From NCBI GenBank assembly GCA_046331705.1, contig JAXLQJ010000057.1:1-47563 (forward strand): a DNA stretch of 47,563 nucleotides, written 5' to 3'. The stretch is from a bacterium. Its GTDB lineage: Bacteria > JADJOY01. Below are positions 8,784-17,947 of the stretch, piece by piece (within the stretch, counting starts at the first letter, position 1; every line of letters begins with the position of its first letter). Made by a program: the position numbers and the translations under genes. The notes under the pieces were generated by a model. That model did not search any database. It saw only the letters and a list, made by a program, of their open reading frames with translations, and had not been told where the DNA came from.

Positions 8784-10102
8784 GGATGAGCTCCTTCGCT
8801 CTTGGGCGCCGAGTCGAGCGGCGCTCCGATGGCTTCTTCCAGATCCGCCTGCGCGGTAGCGACCGCGGCGAGGCTCTCGTAGTAGGCGGCGAGGGTGTCG
8901 AAGTAGGTCTTCCGCGCATCGAGGTAGATGAGGAATGTCGTGGCGCTTTGGCCGTACCCGCGCTCGGCACGCTCGAGCAGGGACCGCAGGCGTTCCAGGA
9001 ACTCCGGCGTGTAGAGCGCCACCTGTTCCTGCGCAGCAACGAGCCGTTCGGTCGCCGCGCGCACCGCTCCGCTGAGGTCCCGCTCCAGTCGACCAATCTC
9101 GGCACGCGCACGGCGCTCTTCCGCCGTCGCGGTTTCGATCCCGCCGCGGTTCGAGTTCCAGAGCGGCAGCGGAATGGAGAGCCCGATGCCGTAGATCTGT
9201 TCGTCTTCGGAAATCTCGGCCGACGGTGCGACCGTGAGATCGGGACTCGATGCGAGCTTCGCGGCGTCGACGCCAAGCCCCGCGGCGTCTGCTTCCATCC
9301 GGCTCAATCGCAGCTCGGGATTTCGCTCCAGCGCGAACCCGACCACGTTCGCGGGCAGATTGACCGCGCGCACAGCATCGAGTGAGCCGACCTCGCGGAG
9401 GGCCGGCGTCGGCTCCTTCCCGAACAGTGCAAACAGGCCGACCCGCGCCGCGGCAAGCTCGCCGCGAGCCGCGCGCACTCCCCGTTCAGCTTCGAGGACC
9501 TCGGCGTCACCCTTGGTCGCCTCGAAGTCCGACCCATACCCAGTGTCGGCACGCTTGCGGGCGGCCTCGGCGAATCGAGTCGCGATTTCTCGCTGTTGCT
9601 CGCGAAGCTGGAGGATCTCTCGGGCAGCGAGCACCTCGTAGAACGCGCGGCGCACTCGGATCTCGAGCTGTCCGTAAAACGCCTCGAGCGCCACCTCGCG
9701 CTGACGAACGGTTCCGTCTGCGATGGCCTTGCGAAGCGCCCGCTTGCCGGGGAACTCGATCTTCTGAGCGATTTCGATCTCGCCGTGAAAGCCCGTCTCG
9801 TTCCCCCCATCGCCCTTCGACACGACGATGCCCGGCGAGAGCGAGAGCTCCGGATTCTCGAGGATGTCGGCAGCGACCGAATCGCCCACAGCCGCTGCGG
9901 TCGACGCTCCGAGAAATTCAATCTCGGGGTTCCCCAACCGCGACCACTCCTGCGCACGTTCGAGCGTAAGATCCGACACCACTGCGGATGTCGCATCGGT
10001 CGCGACGACGCTCACACCCGCGGGCCTCTCGGCTGGCCCCGCGTGTGCGAGGCACGGCAGCACCATGAGCCCGCACACCACGACGAAGCATCGAATCCAC
10101 AT
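8780..10102 (-). CDS. czcC: TolC/CzcC-family outer membrane efflux protein
   Basis: ATG at 10102 after GGAGG, signal peptide, NPELSL..QKIEFPGKRALR, GLSIPLPLWNSNRG; ATGA overlap with czcB. The start could be upstream, up to 10195. Confidence 0.9.
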   Translation of the reverse strand: MWIRCFVVVCGLMVLPCLAHAGPAERPAGVSVVATDATSAVVSDLTLERAQEWSRLGNPEIEFLGASTAAAVGDSVAADILENPELSLSPGIVVSKGDGGNETGFHGEIEIAQKIEFPGKRALRKAIADGTVRQREVALEAFYGQLEIRVRRAFYEVLAAREILQLREQQREIATRFAEAARKRADTGYGSDFEATKGDAEVLEAERGVRAARGELAAARVGLFALFGKEPTPALREVGSLDAVRAVNLPANVVGFALERNPELRLSRMEADAAGLGVDAAKLASSPDLTVAPSAEISEDEQIYGIGLSIPLPLWNSNRGGIETATAEERRARAEIGRLERDLSGAVRAATERLVAAQEQVALYTPEFLERLRSLLERAERGYGQSATTFLIYLDARKTYFDTLAAYYESLAAVATAQADLEEAIGAPLDSAPKSEGAHP

Positions 10103-10303
10103 GAAACGGTCCTCCCCTTCCATCGAGACAGCCGTGACGCCACCTACGGGTGGCGCCGCAGTGGATCGAGATCTGAACCACCCGGCGTTTCGCACCGCGG
10201 CCCGCCAGCCCGGACGAGCCGGAGCTGCTGAGGCAAACGGATGACCACGCCGCGAAACCGAGCGACGCTCGGTCTCAGCAGGTGATGTGACGCTGGGTGA
10301 GGA

Positions 10304-10726
10304 TCAGATCAGGAGGACGACGGTACCGAGACGGAGACGGTCAGACGAACTCGAGCTCACAGGGAACAGGAGCGACCTCGAGCGATCTGGGGCGGAAATC
10401 TGTACTGCTTCCGCGAAGGCAACCGCCGTGAAATCAACCGCTAACGGCTGCCGTTCCGTGCCCGACGGTGGGTCTGCTGATGTAGTACCGAGTCCCCCGT
10501 AGAGCGGTACGTCGACGCAAGCGCGTTGCGGACTCGCAAGCGAACGGCCTTCGTCCGCACCGCCACGGGAGACTGTCCAGCAACCAGCCTCCGGGTGTAC
10601 CGGTTCGATCGCGACGTGGTTGCCCGGCGCGAGACACAGCACGCGATCTGAACTGGTCGCGAGGAAGCTCGCAAGCGCGGCGGTGAGCGCCAACAGCGCT
10701 GCTCGTTGTCGAGTGGCCCGGATCAT
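10304..10726 (-). CDS. Small exported Cys/His leader protein upstream of czcCBA (CzcI/CutF-like position)
   Basis: N-terminal hydrophobic helix, VLCLAPGNHVAIE, further Cys (EAGCW, RACVDVP), C-terminal LRLGTVVLLI. Confidence 0.65.
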   Translation of the reverse strand: MIRATRQRAALLALTAALASFLATSSDRVLCLAPGNHVAIEPVHPEAGCWTVSRGGADEGRSLASPQRACVDVPLYGGLGTTSADPPSGTERQPLAVDFTAVAFAEAVQISAPDRSRSLLFPVSSSSSDRLRLGTVVLLI

Positions 10727-11128
10727 GACCGCGGGAAGATACGTGCAGGACCCGCTAGCCGCAAGGGACGCCGGTCTAGGTACACACGGCTCGAACGGAT
10801 CGAGTCGTCTCGAACTCGCGCACCGACGCGGACTCGGCCACGCCAGCGTTCACGCCGGCTTTGCTGTGCGACCTCACGGATCTTATCCGCGGATCTCGAA
10901 AGCGTTCGACTGCATCGACTCACGGTCCGGTGCGGCGGCCCCGTGTTCGAGCGGAGAGGCGCTGAACGAGCCCGGCTGTCGTGCAGCCACAGAGCCGCAT
11001 GTCGCCCGGAGCGAAACGGACACGCCTGAGCACGCAGCTCACGACCCTTCACGCCCGCCGGATGTTCGTGGTGATGCCGAGCTGCTCGTGGGGGCATCGC
11101 CTTTCCAGCGAGAAGGCACTGCGGCGAA

Positions 11129-11152
11129 TACACGATACGGTGCAATAGTGTA
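11129..11152 (+). promoter_or_regulatory. Putative ArsR/SmtB operator
   Basis: TACACGAT-N8-ATAGTGTA inverted repeat (7/8), ending 9 nt before the ArsR ATG at 11162. Confidence 0.6.
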
Positions 11153-11161
11153 CCGATCGAC

Positions 11162-11512
11162 ATGAAGACGCGTTGCCCACCCAAAAGCCGGCTTCGCGAG
11201 CGGCCGCTGCTCGCCCTGGCTGCTTCCGCCCGCGTCGCGAGGCTCTTCAGCGTCCTGTCGAACGACACGAGGTTGCGACTTCTTGCACGCTCCTCGCTCG
11301 AAGCGGGCGAGCTGTGTCCGACGGAGCCTCGCCCGGACCGTGGGCATGAAGCCGCAGGCCGTCTCCAACCAGATGCAGCGGCTCGTGGCGGAACGAATCC
11401 TGGTCGGCCGGCGCGACGGAAACAACGTCTGCTACGCGATCGCGACCCATGCGTGCTCGAGCCTCCGACCGCGGGCTTTGCCTGCTCGAGACGGGCGAGC
11501 CTCCGCACATGA
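11162..11512 (+). pseudogene. ArsR/SmtB-family regulator with several frameshifts (pseudogene or sequencing error)
   Basis: Joining frames gives MKTRCPPKSRLRERPLL..LFSVLSNDTRLRLL(H)A..GELCPTE(L)ARTVGMKPQAVSNQMQRL..RRDGNNVCYAI..DPCVLE..DRGLCLLE. Several breaks look like single duplicated bases. Confidence 0.8.
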
Positions 11513-12597
11513 GCGCCTCGAGGCGCAGCGCGCGAGATGGAGCGGGCAGCCGAGGCACCCGAGTGCTGGGGGTGCGGCTGCTCACCACGCATAGGGTGAC
11601 GACGATCGAGGAGGCTCCTGCCGCCAGATCAGCGGTCGGCTGTGCTCGCGGCGTCCGTCGATGCGGCACGTGCCGGCTGAGAACGATCGAATGGCGACTG
11701 CCTCGGCTGCCCCGAGCGCTTTCCGGCTCTGGCGATCGAGGCCGTGGGCGAGGTCGCCGGCCCGGCCCGGTTCGTACACCGTGGCCCGCTACCGCGCACC
11801 AGTGGCGGTCTGCAGCCTGACCGACGAACGGCTCGCGCGTGCACTGCTCGACCCGGTGCCCGAGGGGACCGCGATCGTGGGCACGATGCAGACCGAGAAT
11901 CTCGAACGAGCGACTCGTGACGAACGTCGTGGCGAATCCGCACATCCGCTTCGTGGTCGTGTGCGGCGCCGACTCCGAGCGCGCGGTTGGCCACCGACCC
12001 GGCGCCTCCCTGGTCGCACTCGCCCGCAACGGGCTCGGCCCGCATGCGCGGATCGCCGACGCACCCGGCAAGCGGCCCATCCTCCGAAACCTGGACCCGC
12101 GTGCGGTCGACCACTTCCGCGCGACGGTCGAGGTGGTGGACCTGGTCGGCGAGGCGGACCTGGGCCGGATCGCGCGCGCCGTCCAAGCGTGCGCCAAGCG
12201 GGACCCCGGTCCGGCGGCACCGTTGGCTCTCGCGAATCGGGTCGTGACCGAGCGGGCCTATCTCCCCGAGCGCATGGTCCCCGATCCCGGTGGCTACTTC
12301 GTGGTGTACGTGGACCGAGCCCGCGAGACGCTGGCGCTCGAGCACTACCGCAAGGACGGAGCGCTGGACGCACTCTTCACGGGACGGACCGCCGCCGAGC
12401 TCTACACTCCGGCGATCGCCCGCGAGCTCCTGTCGCGGCTTGACCATGCCGCGTACCTCGGACGCGAGCTGGCGCGCGCCGAGCGCTCTCTCACGACCGG
12501 CGAGCCGTACACTCAGGACGCTGCACCCGAGCGTTCGCGCGCTCCGGCACGCGAGGCTCGCTGTGGATGCGGTCCATCCGCCGGTAGCTGCGCATGA
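11509..12597 (+). CDS. MtrA-like (tetrahydromethanopterin S-methyltransferase subunit A) corrinoid domain + DUF4346 fusion with Cys-rich N-terminus; 5' third frameshifted in this sequence
   Basis: Across frames: CWGCGC (11564-11581), DCLGCPE (from 11696), PGSYTV..APVAVCSL..AIVGTMQTENL[GI]ERLVTNVVANPHIRFVVVCG..GHRPGASLVALARNG..IADAPGKRPILRNL (MtrA signature). Then DPGGYFVVYVD..EHY..GRTAAELY..SRLDHAAYLGRELARAE (DUF4346). Frame is open from about 11908 to the stop. Confidence 0.8.
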
Positions 12598-13031
12598 ACG
12601 GCGCCAGCTCATCCAAGCTGCTTCTCGCGGTCGTCGCGCTGTTGCTCGCGACGCCGGTGAGAGCCGGCGAGACCGCCGCCGGCGCGGCAGACCCGCCACG
12701 GATGGGCGTCGAGGCCCTGATGGAGCGGGCAGAGAGCGCGAAGGGCACCGTCGTGGTCGAGGGAATCGTGACGCGCGTGGTGCCGGACCGGAAGCTCTTC
12801 GCGCTCGCCGACCTGAGCGACCGGGAAGAGGTCGAACGCTCCGGTACTACGAGCTGCGTGACGTTGCCCGTCGCGTGGGAAGGCGAGATGCCTCCCGTCG
12901 GCTCGATCGAAGAGGTGGCGGGAAAGCTCGACCTCGACGAGGGCGGGCGGCGGGTCTTTCGAGCGACGTCGGTGCGCGCGCGGCCGGCGACTCCGCCAGC
13001 CATGCCTCCTCCGGCAGGGGAGCGCCGATGA
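12594..13031 (+). CDS. Exported small protein, probable OB-fold
   Basis: Signal peptide (..ATPVRA), GTVVVEGIVTRV..LFALAD..SCVTLPVAWEGEMP..VAGKL; ATGA overlaps at both ends. Confidence 0.7.
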   Translation: MNGASSSKLLLAVVALLLATPVRAGETAAGAADPPRMGVEALMERAESAKGTVVVEGIVTRVVPDRKLFALADLSDREEVERSGTTSCVTLPVAWEGEMPPVGSIEEVAGKLDLDEGGRRVFRATSVRARPATPPAMPPPAGERR

Positions 13032-13540
13032 GCCCGCTCCGCCGTCGGGCCCTCGGCGCAGCCGTGTTCCTGGGCGCGTCGCTCGCGCACTTCGCGTGGT
13101 TCGCGCATTCGCAAGCGGCCGCGAACTGGGTGTCGCTCGACGGCGAGGCGCCGGCGCCCGCCCTTCTCTACCTGCGTACCCAGGACGTCTGGCTGGGCCT
13201 CTCCTACGGCCTGGCGCTCGGCTTCGCGGCGACGTGGTTCCTGCGCTACCGAGAGGAGCGGCGCTGGCAGGCGCGGGCGCTCTCGGCCGGTGGGCTCGCG
13301 ATGTCGAGCGTCGTGGCCGCCGGTGGCTGCTACCTCGTCGGGTGCTGTGGATCTCCGCTGCTCGGCCTCTACCTGACGGTCTTCGGCGCTCGGTTCCTGC
13401 CGCTCGCCAAGCCGCTGGTGTTCGCGGTCACGGTGGCCTCGCTCGCCGGCGGGAGCGGGTGGCTCGCCCGCGCGCGGCGCGCGCATGCGTGTTCGTGTGA
13501 GCCGGCGACAGCAAGCTCGCCGACGACGGCGAGTTGCTGA
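13028..13540 (+). CDS. Membrane protein with CxxxGCCGSP motif (MerT/MerF-like Cys pair)
   Basis: ATG at 13028; about 4 hydrophobic segments; GGCYLVGCCGSPLLGLYL; C-terminal ACSC..SC. Confidence 0.7.
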   Translation: MSPLRRRALGAAVFLGASLAHFAWFAHSQAAANWVSLDGEAPAPALLYLRTQDVWLGLSYGLALGFAATWFLRYREERRWQARALSAGGLAMSSVVAAGGCYLVGCCGSPLLGLYLTVFGARFLPLAKPLVFAVTVASLAGGSGWLARARRAHACSCEPATASSPTTASC

Positions 13541-13713
13541 CGCGCCCCTTGCGACGGCCCAGCAGCCGAGTTCCTTTGGGCCGCTGACCTGCGCGAGCCC
13601 CACGCATTCCCATCTCGGCACGACGACGACCGGCGTCGGAGCAAGTTGACTTCCCCGGTTCGGGAGTACCCGCGAGGTGCGGGCCACACCGTTCGGGCTT
13701 GCCTACAGTCGGG

Positions 13714-13731
13714 CATGCGGATATCCATATG
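13714..13731 (+). promoter_or_regulatory. Putative ArsR operator
   Basis: CATGCGGATATCCATATG imperfect palindrome (14/18) at the arsR start. Confidence 0.55.
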
Positions 13732-13734
13732 TTC

Positions 13735-14103
13735 ATGGCTCAGCCCCGCGTAGCCGTCGACGACGTCCGGCACGTTTCCCGGCTCTTCAAAGCGCTCGGG
13801 GACGAAACGCGCCTCAAGATCGTGGCGCTGCTGGCCCACGGCGAGCTCTGTGTGTGTCACGTCGAGGAAGCCCTTGCACTTTCTCAGCCTGCGGTGTCGC
13901 GGCACCTGAGCGTGCTGCGCGCAACGGGGGTCGTGGAGGCGCACCGCGACGGAACCTGGGTCTATTACCGCCTCGCTCGCCAGCCGGACGACGAGTCGGA
14001 GCGCCAGCTCAAGGCGGTCGTGAACGCCTTCCGAGCTCGGACCGGCATGAAGCGCGAGCTCGAACGCCTGATGAAGGTCCGCGGCCCCGGATCCTGCACC
14101 TGA
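13735..14103 (+). CDS. arsR: ArsR As(III)-responsive repressor (ELCVC type)
   Basis: FKALGDETRLKIVALLAHGELCVCHVEEALALSQPAVSRHL..DGTWVYYRL; start at 13729 or 13735. Confidence 0.92.
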   Translation: MAQPRVAVDDVRHVSRLFKALGDETRLKIVALLAHGELCVCHVEEALALSQPAVSRHLSVLRATGVVEAHRDGTWVYYRLARQPDDESERQLKAVVNAFRARTGMKRELERLMKVRGPGSCT

Positions 14104-14121
14104 TCAACGAGGCGAACCCAC

Positions 14122-15207
<1,086 letters not shown>

Positions 15208-15230
15208 GTGGGCAACGAGAGGCTCTCCCG

Positions 15231-15869
15231 ATGACGCACGAATCGAGGCTCGACCCGCTCGTCGAGCGGATCATCGACGACATCGCACCGAAGTTCGCGT
15301 CGGTCTTCTCGCGCGAGACGATCGAGCAGTTCGTGATGCACTCGTACGAAGACCTCTCGCGCCGGGCGCGGGTCACGACCTACGTCGCGGGCCTGACGCA
15401 GCGGTTCGCCATCGACCGGCTTCGCGATCTCGCACGCGCGGAAGGAAAGACCGTGTCCGACAAACCCGAAGTGCTGTTCGTGTGCGTCCACAACGCGGGC
15501 CGGTCGCAGATGGCGGCCGGCCTCCTCCATCATCACGCTCAGGACCGCGTGATCGTCCGCTCGGCGGGAAGCGCTCCCGTCGAAACGATCAACCCTGCTG
15601 TAGTCGAGGTGATGACGGAAGTGGGCATCGACCTGTCCCAGGAGTTTCCGAAGCCACTCACCGACGAGGCGGTGCGAGCCGCCGATGTGGTGATCACGAT
15701 GGGCTGCGGCGATGCGTGCCCGGTGTATCCCGGCAAGCGCTACCTGAACTGGGAGCTCGCCGACCCAGCCGGCCAGACGATCGCCGACGTGCGGCCCATT
15801 CGCGACGAGATCGACCGTCGCGTCCGTGCCCTACTCGCCGAGTTGCTCAAGTCTCCAGCCGGTCGTTGA
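15231..15869 (+). CDS. arsC: Arsenate reductase, LMW-PTPase fold with N-terminal helical extension
   Basis: ATG at 15231; about 75 aa N-terminal domain (FSRETIEQFV..RFAIDRL), then VLFVCVHNAGRSQMA and TMGCGDACPVYPGKRYLNW. Confidence 0.92.
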   Translation: MTHESRLDPLVERIIDDIAPKFASVFSRETIEQFVMHSYEDLSRRARVTTYVAGLTQRFAIDRLRDLARAEGKTVSDKPEVLFVCVHNAGRSQMAAGLLHHHAQDRVIVRSAGSAPVETINPAVVEVMTEVGIDLSQEFPKPLTDEAVRAADVVITMGCGDACPVYPGKRYLNWELADPAGQTIADVRPIRDEIDRRVRALLAELLKSPAGR

Positions 15870-16069
15870 TCGACCAGCCGTCAGGCGCGGGCGACTGGCG
15901 GCGACCGAGGCCCGCCGTAGGCACTTGGTGCCGCCCCCGCGTCGAACCTACCGAGGTTGCGGCTCGTCGAACTCGGCCTCGCGCCCACGCCGGTCGGAGA
16001 GCCTCCGCACCGGCTGTCGGTGCAGAGGCTCCTACGATTACCCGAAGGCGTTGGGCTCGGTCGGCAACC

Positions 16070-16159
16070 TCAAGCGGCCTTTGTTACGACGCTTGGCCCG
16101 CTCTCGTACCAGCCCTTGCTCGCCTTGACCACGCGGACCACCAGCAGCATCACCGGCAC
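16070..16159 (-). pseudogene. 3' remnant of a second acr3 gene
   Basis: VPVMLLVVRVVKASKGWYESG..stop matches the Acr3 C-terminus (compare EVPVMLSV..RSWF in the intact copy); it overlaps the end of arsA. Confidence 0.7.
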
Positions 16160-17922
16160 CACTCCGAGACGGGATGAACGAGCTTGATCAACCGCGCGAT
16201 ACCGACGGGCTCCTCCGCCAGCAACGGGATGACGGCGTAGCGAGAGGAGTGCCGTGTGGCCACCGCCGCGATCTGCGCGACCTCCTCGGCAGCGCGCTGA
16301 CGCAGCAGGGGCGAGCGAGTCTCCGCCACGGCCAGGCTGCTGTTGACGATCCAAGCCCACGGCTCGATGCCGGCCCGGCGCAGGTCAGCCTGGAGGCTGG
16401 CCGCCTCGAGTACTGGGGTGGTTTCGGCCAAGGTCACGATGAGAATCTTGGTCCGCCTGGGGTCTTGAAGCAGCATCATGGGTGTCGTGAAATTCAGTCC
16501 GGAGCTGCCCATCTGGCGGGCCGTTTCCCGATGATAGGCACCGGTGGCATCGAGCAGCAGTAGCGTGTGGCCCGTCGGCGCCGTGTCCATCACGACAAAG
16601 CGCTTCCCGGCCTCGCGAATGACTTTCGAGAAGGCCTGGAAGACCGCGATTTCTTCGGTGCAGGGTGAGCGAAGGTCTTCCTCGAGCAGCGCGCGGCCCT
16701 GAGCATCGAGCTTCGCGCCCTTGGCCGCCAGCACGTCGCTTCGGTAGCGCTCGGTCTCCGCATGCGGGTCGATGCGGCTCAACTCCAGCGAATCGAGCGT
16801 GCCGTCCAGCATGTCCGACAGGTGCGCTGCCGGGTCAGAAGTCGTGAGATGGACGGCATGGCCGCGCCGAGCCAATTCCACTGCAACGGCGGCGGCGAGC
16901 GTGGTCTTGCCCACCCCACCTTGCCCATCACCATTACCAGGCGGCCCGGCGCCTCGATGTCGTCGATGAGTGCGGCGAGCGGCGGCGCGGACGTCGTGGG
17001 CGGGTCGACGCGGCGCTGGGGAGGCGTGTCCGACACCGTGGGATCGAGGAGCCCGCGCAACGCTGCCAACCCCACCACGTTGGTGGCCTTGGGAAGGCAC
17101 GGTGTCGCGAGGAAGGGCGCTCAGTGCATCGGGCAGTTCGTCGAGGGCTGCTCCCTCACGGGCCACGATCGCTGTGGCCAGCGGATCATCCTTGCCCTCA
17201 GGCGCGGGCAGAATGCCGTTGATCCCAGGTACTGTCGGCCGAGCCCGATCGCGGCAAGCTCTTCCTGGGTGCGTGCCGCCTCCTGGAGCGTCGCGCGCTG
17301 CGCGCGCCGCCACCAGCACCAGGCGTGTACGCGCAGGGTCGGCAAGTGCGTCGACTGCGGCTCGGTACTGCGCGCGTTGCTTTTCGAGACCGGCGAGCGG
17401 ACCGAGGCAGGACGCATCGCCCGCGCCCTGTTCGAGGAAGCCACTCCAGGCGCCCGGCAACTGCAATAGACGAATCGTGTGGCCCGTAGGGGCCGTGTCG
17501 AACACGATGTGGTCGAACTGGGCGGTCAGCTCACTGTCGGTGAGCAGCGACGTGAACTCGTCGAAGGCAGCGATCTCGGTGGTGCAGGCGCCGGAGAGCT
17601 GCTCCTCGATGCCCTTCACGATGCCGTCCGGAAGCACGCCGCGAACCGGTCCGACGATCCGCTCGCGGTAGGCCTGTGCCGCCGCCGGAGGGTCGATCTC
17701 GAGCGCCGAGAGACCTGGCACCGTGTCGATGGGCGTCACGCGGTGCCCGATCTCGATTCCGAACACTTGCCCCACGTTAGAGGCCGGATCCGTGCTGACC
17801 AGCAGCACGCGGTTGCCTTCATCGACCAAGCGAACGGCGGTGGCACAGGCGAGTGACGTCTTGCCTACGCCGCCCTTGCCGGTGAAGAACAGATACGCGG
17901 GCGCCTGCTCGATGAAGTTCAT
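16150..17922 (-). CDS. arsA: Arsenical pump-driving ATPase ArsA, with two internal compensating frameshift pairs
   Basis: ATG at 17922 after GAGGGAG; FTGKGGVGKTS, STDPASN, SGACTTEIAAFDEF, DTAPTGHTIRLL, second GVGKTT, SPCTEE, DTAPTGHTLLLL. Segments at about 17225-17307 and 16920-17093 read correctly only in another frame. Confidence 0.93.
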   Translation of the reverse strand: MNFIEQAPAYLFFTGKGGVGKTSLACATAVRLVDEGNRVLLVSTDPASNVGQVFGIEIGHRVTPIDTVPGLSALEIDPPAAAQAYRERIVGPVRGVLPDGIVKGIEEQLSGACTTEIAAFDEFTSLLTDSELTAQFDHIVFDTAPTGHTIRLLQLPGAWSGFLEQGAGDASCLGPLAGLEKQRAQYRAAVDALADPARTRLVLVAARAARDAPGGGTHPGRACRDRARPTVPGINGILPAPEGKDDPLATAIVAREGAALDELPDALSALPRDTVPSQGHQRGGVGSVARAPRSHGVGHASPAPRRPAHDVRAAARRTHRRHRGAGPPGNGDGQGGVGKTTLAAAVAVELARRGHAVHLTTSDPAAHLSDMLDGTLDSLELSRIDPHAETERYRSDVLAAKGAKLDAQGRALLEEDLRSPCTEEIAVFQAFSKVIREAGKRFVVMDTAPTGHTLLLLDATGAYHRETARQMGSSGLNFTTPMMLLQDPRRTKILIVTLAETTPVLEAASLQADLRRAGIEPWAWIVNSSLAVAETRSPLLRQRAAEEVAQIAAVATRHSSRYAVIPLLAEEPVGIARLIKLVHPVSEWCR

Positions 17923-17947
17923 GGCTCCCTCGTGGTGCCCCGCACTG

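Noticed and set aside
6297-8789. 830 aa + strand ORF
   Set aside because: Antisense shadow of czcA/czcB, common in high-GC DNA; no recognisable motifs.
11509-12597. Evidence of methanogenesis or of hgcA
   Set aside because: No other mtr/mcr genes are present, the context is bacterial, and the HgcA cap-helix motif N(V/I)WCA(A/G)GK is absent.
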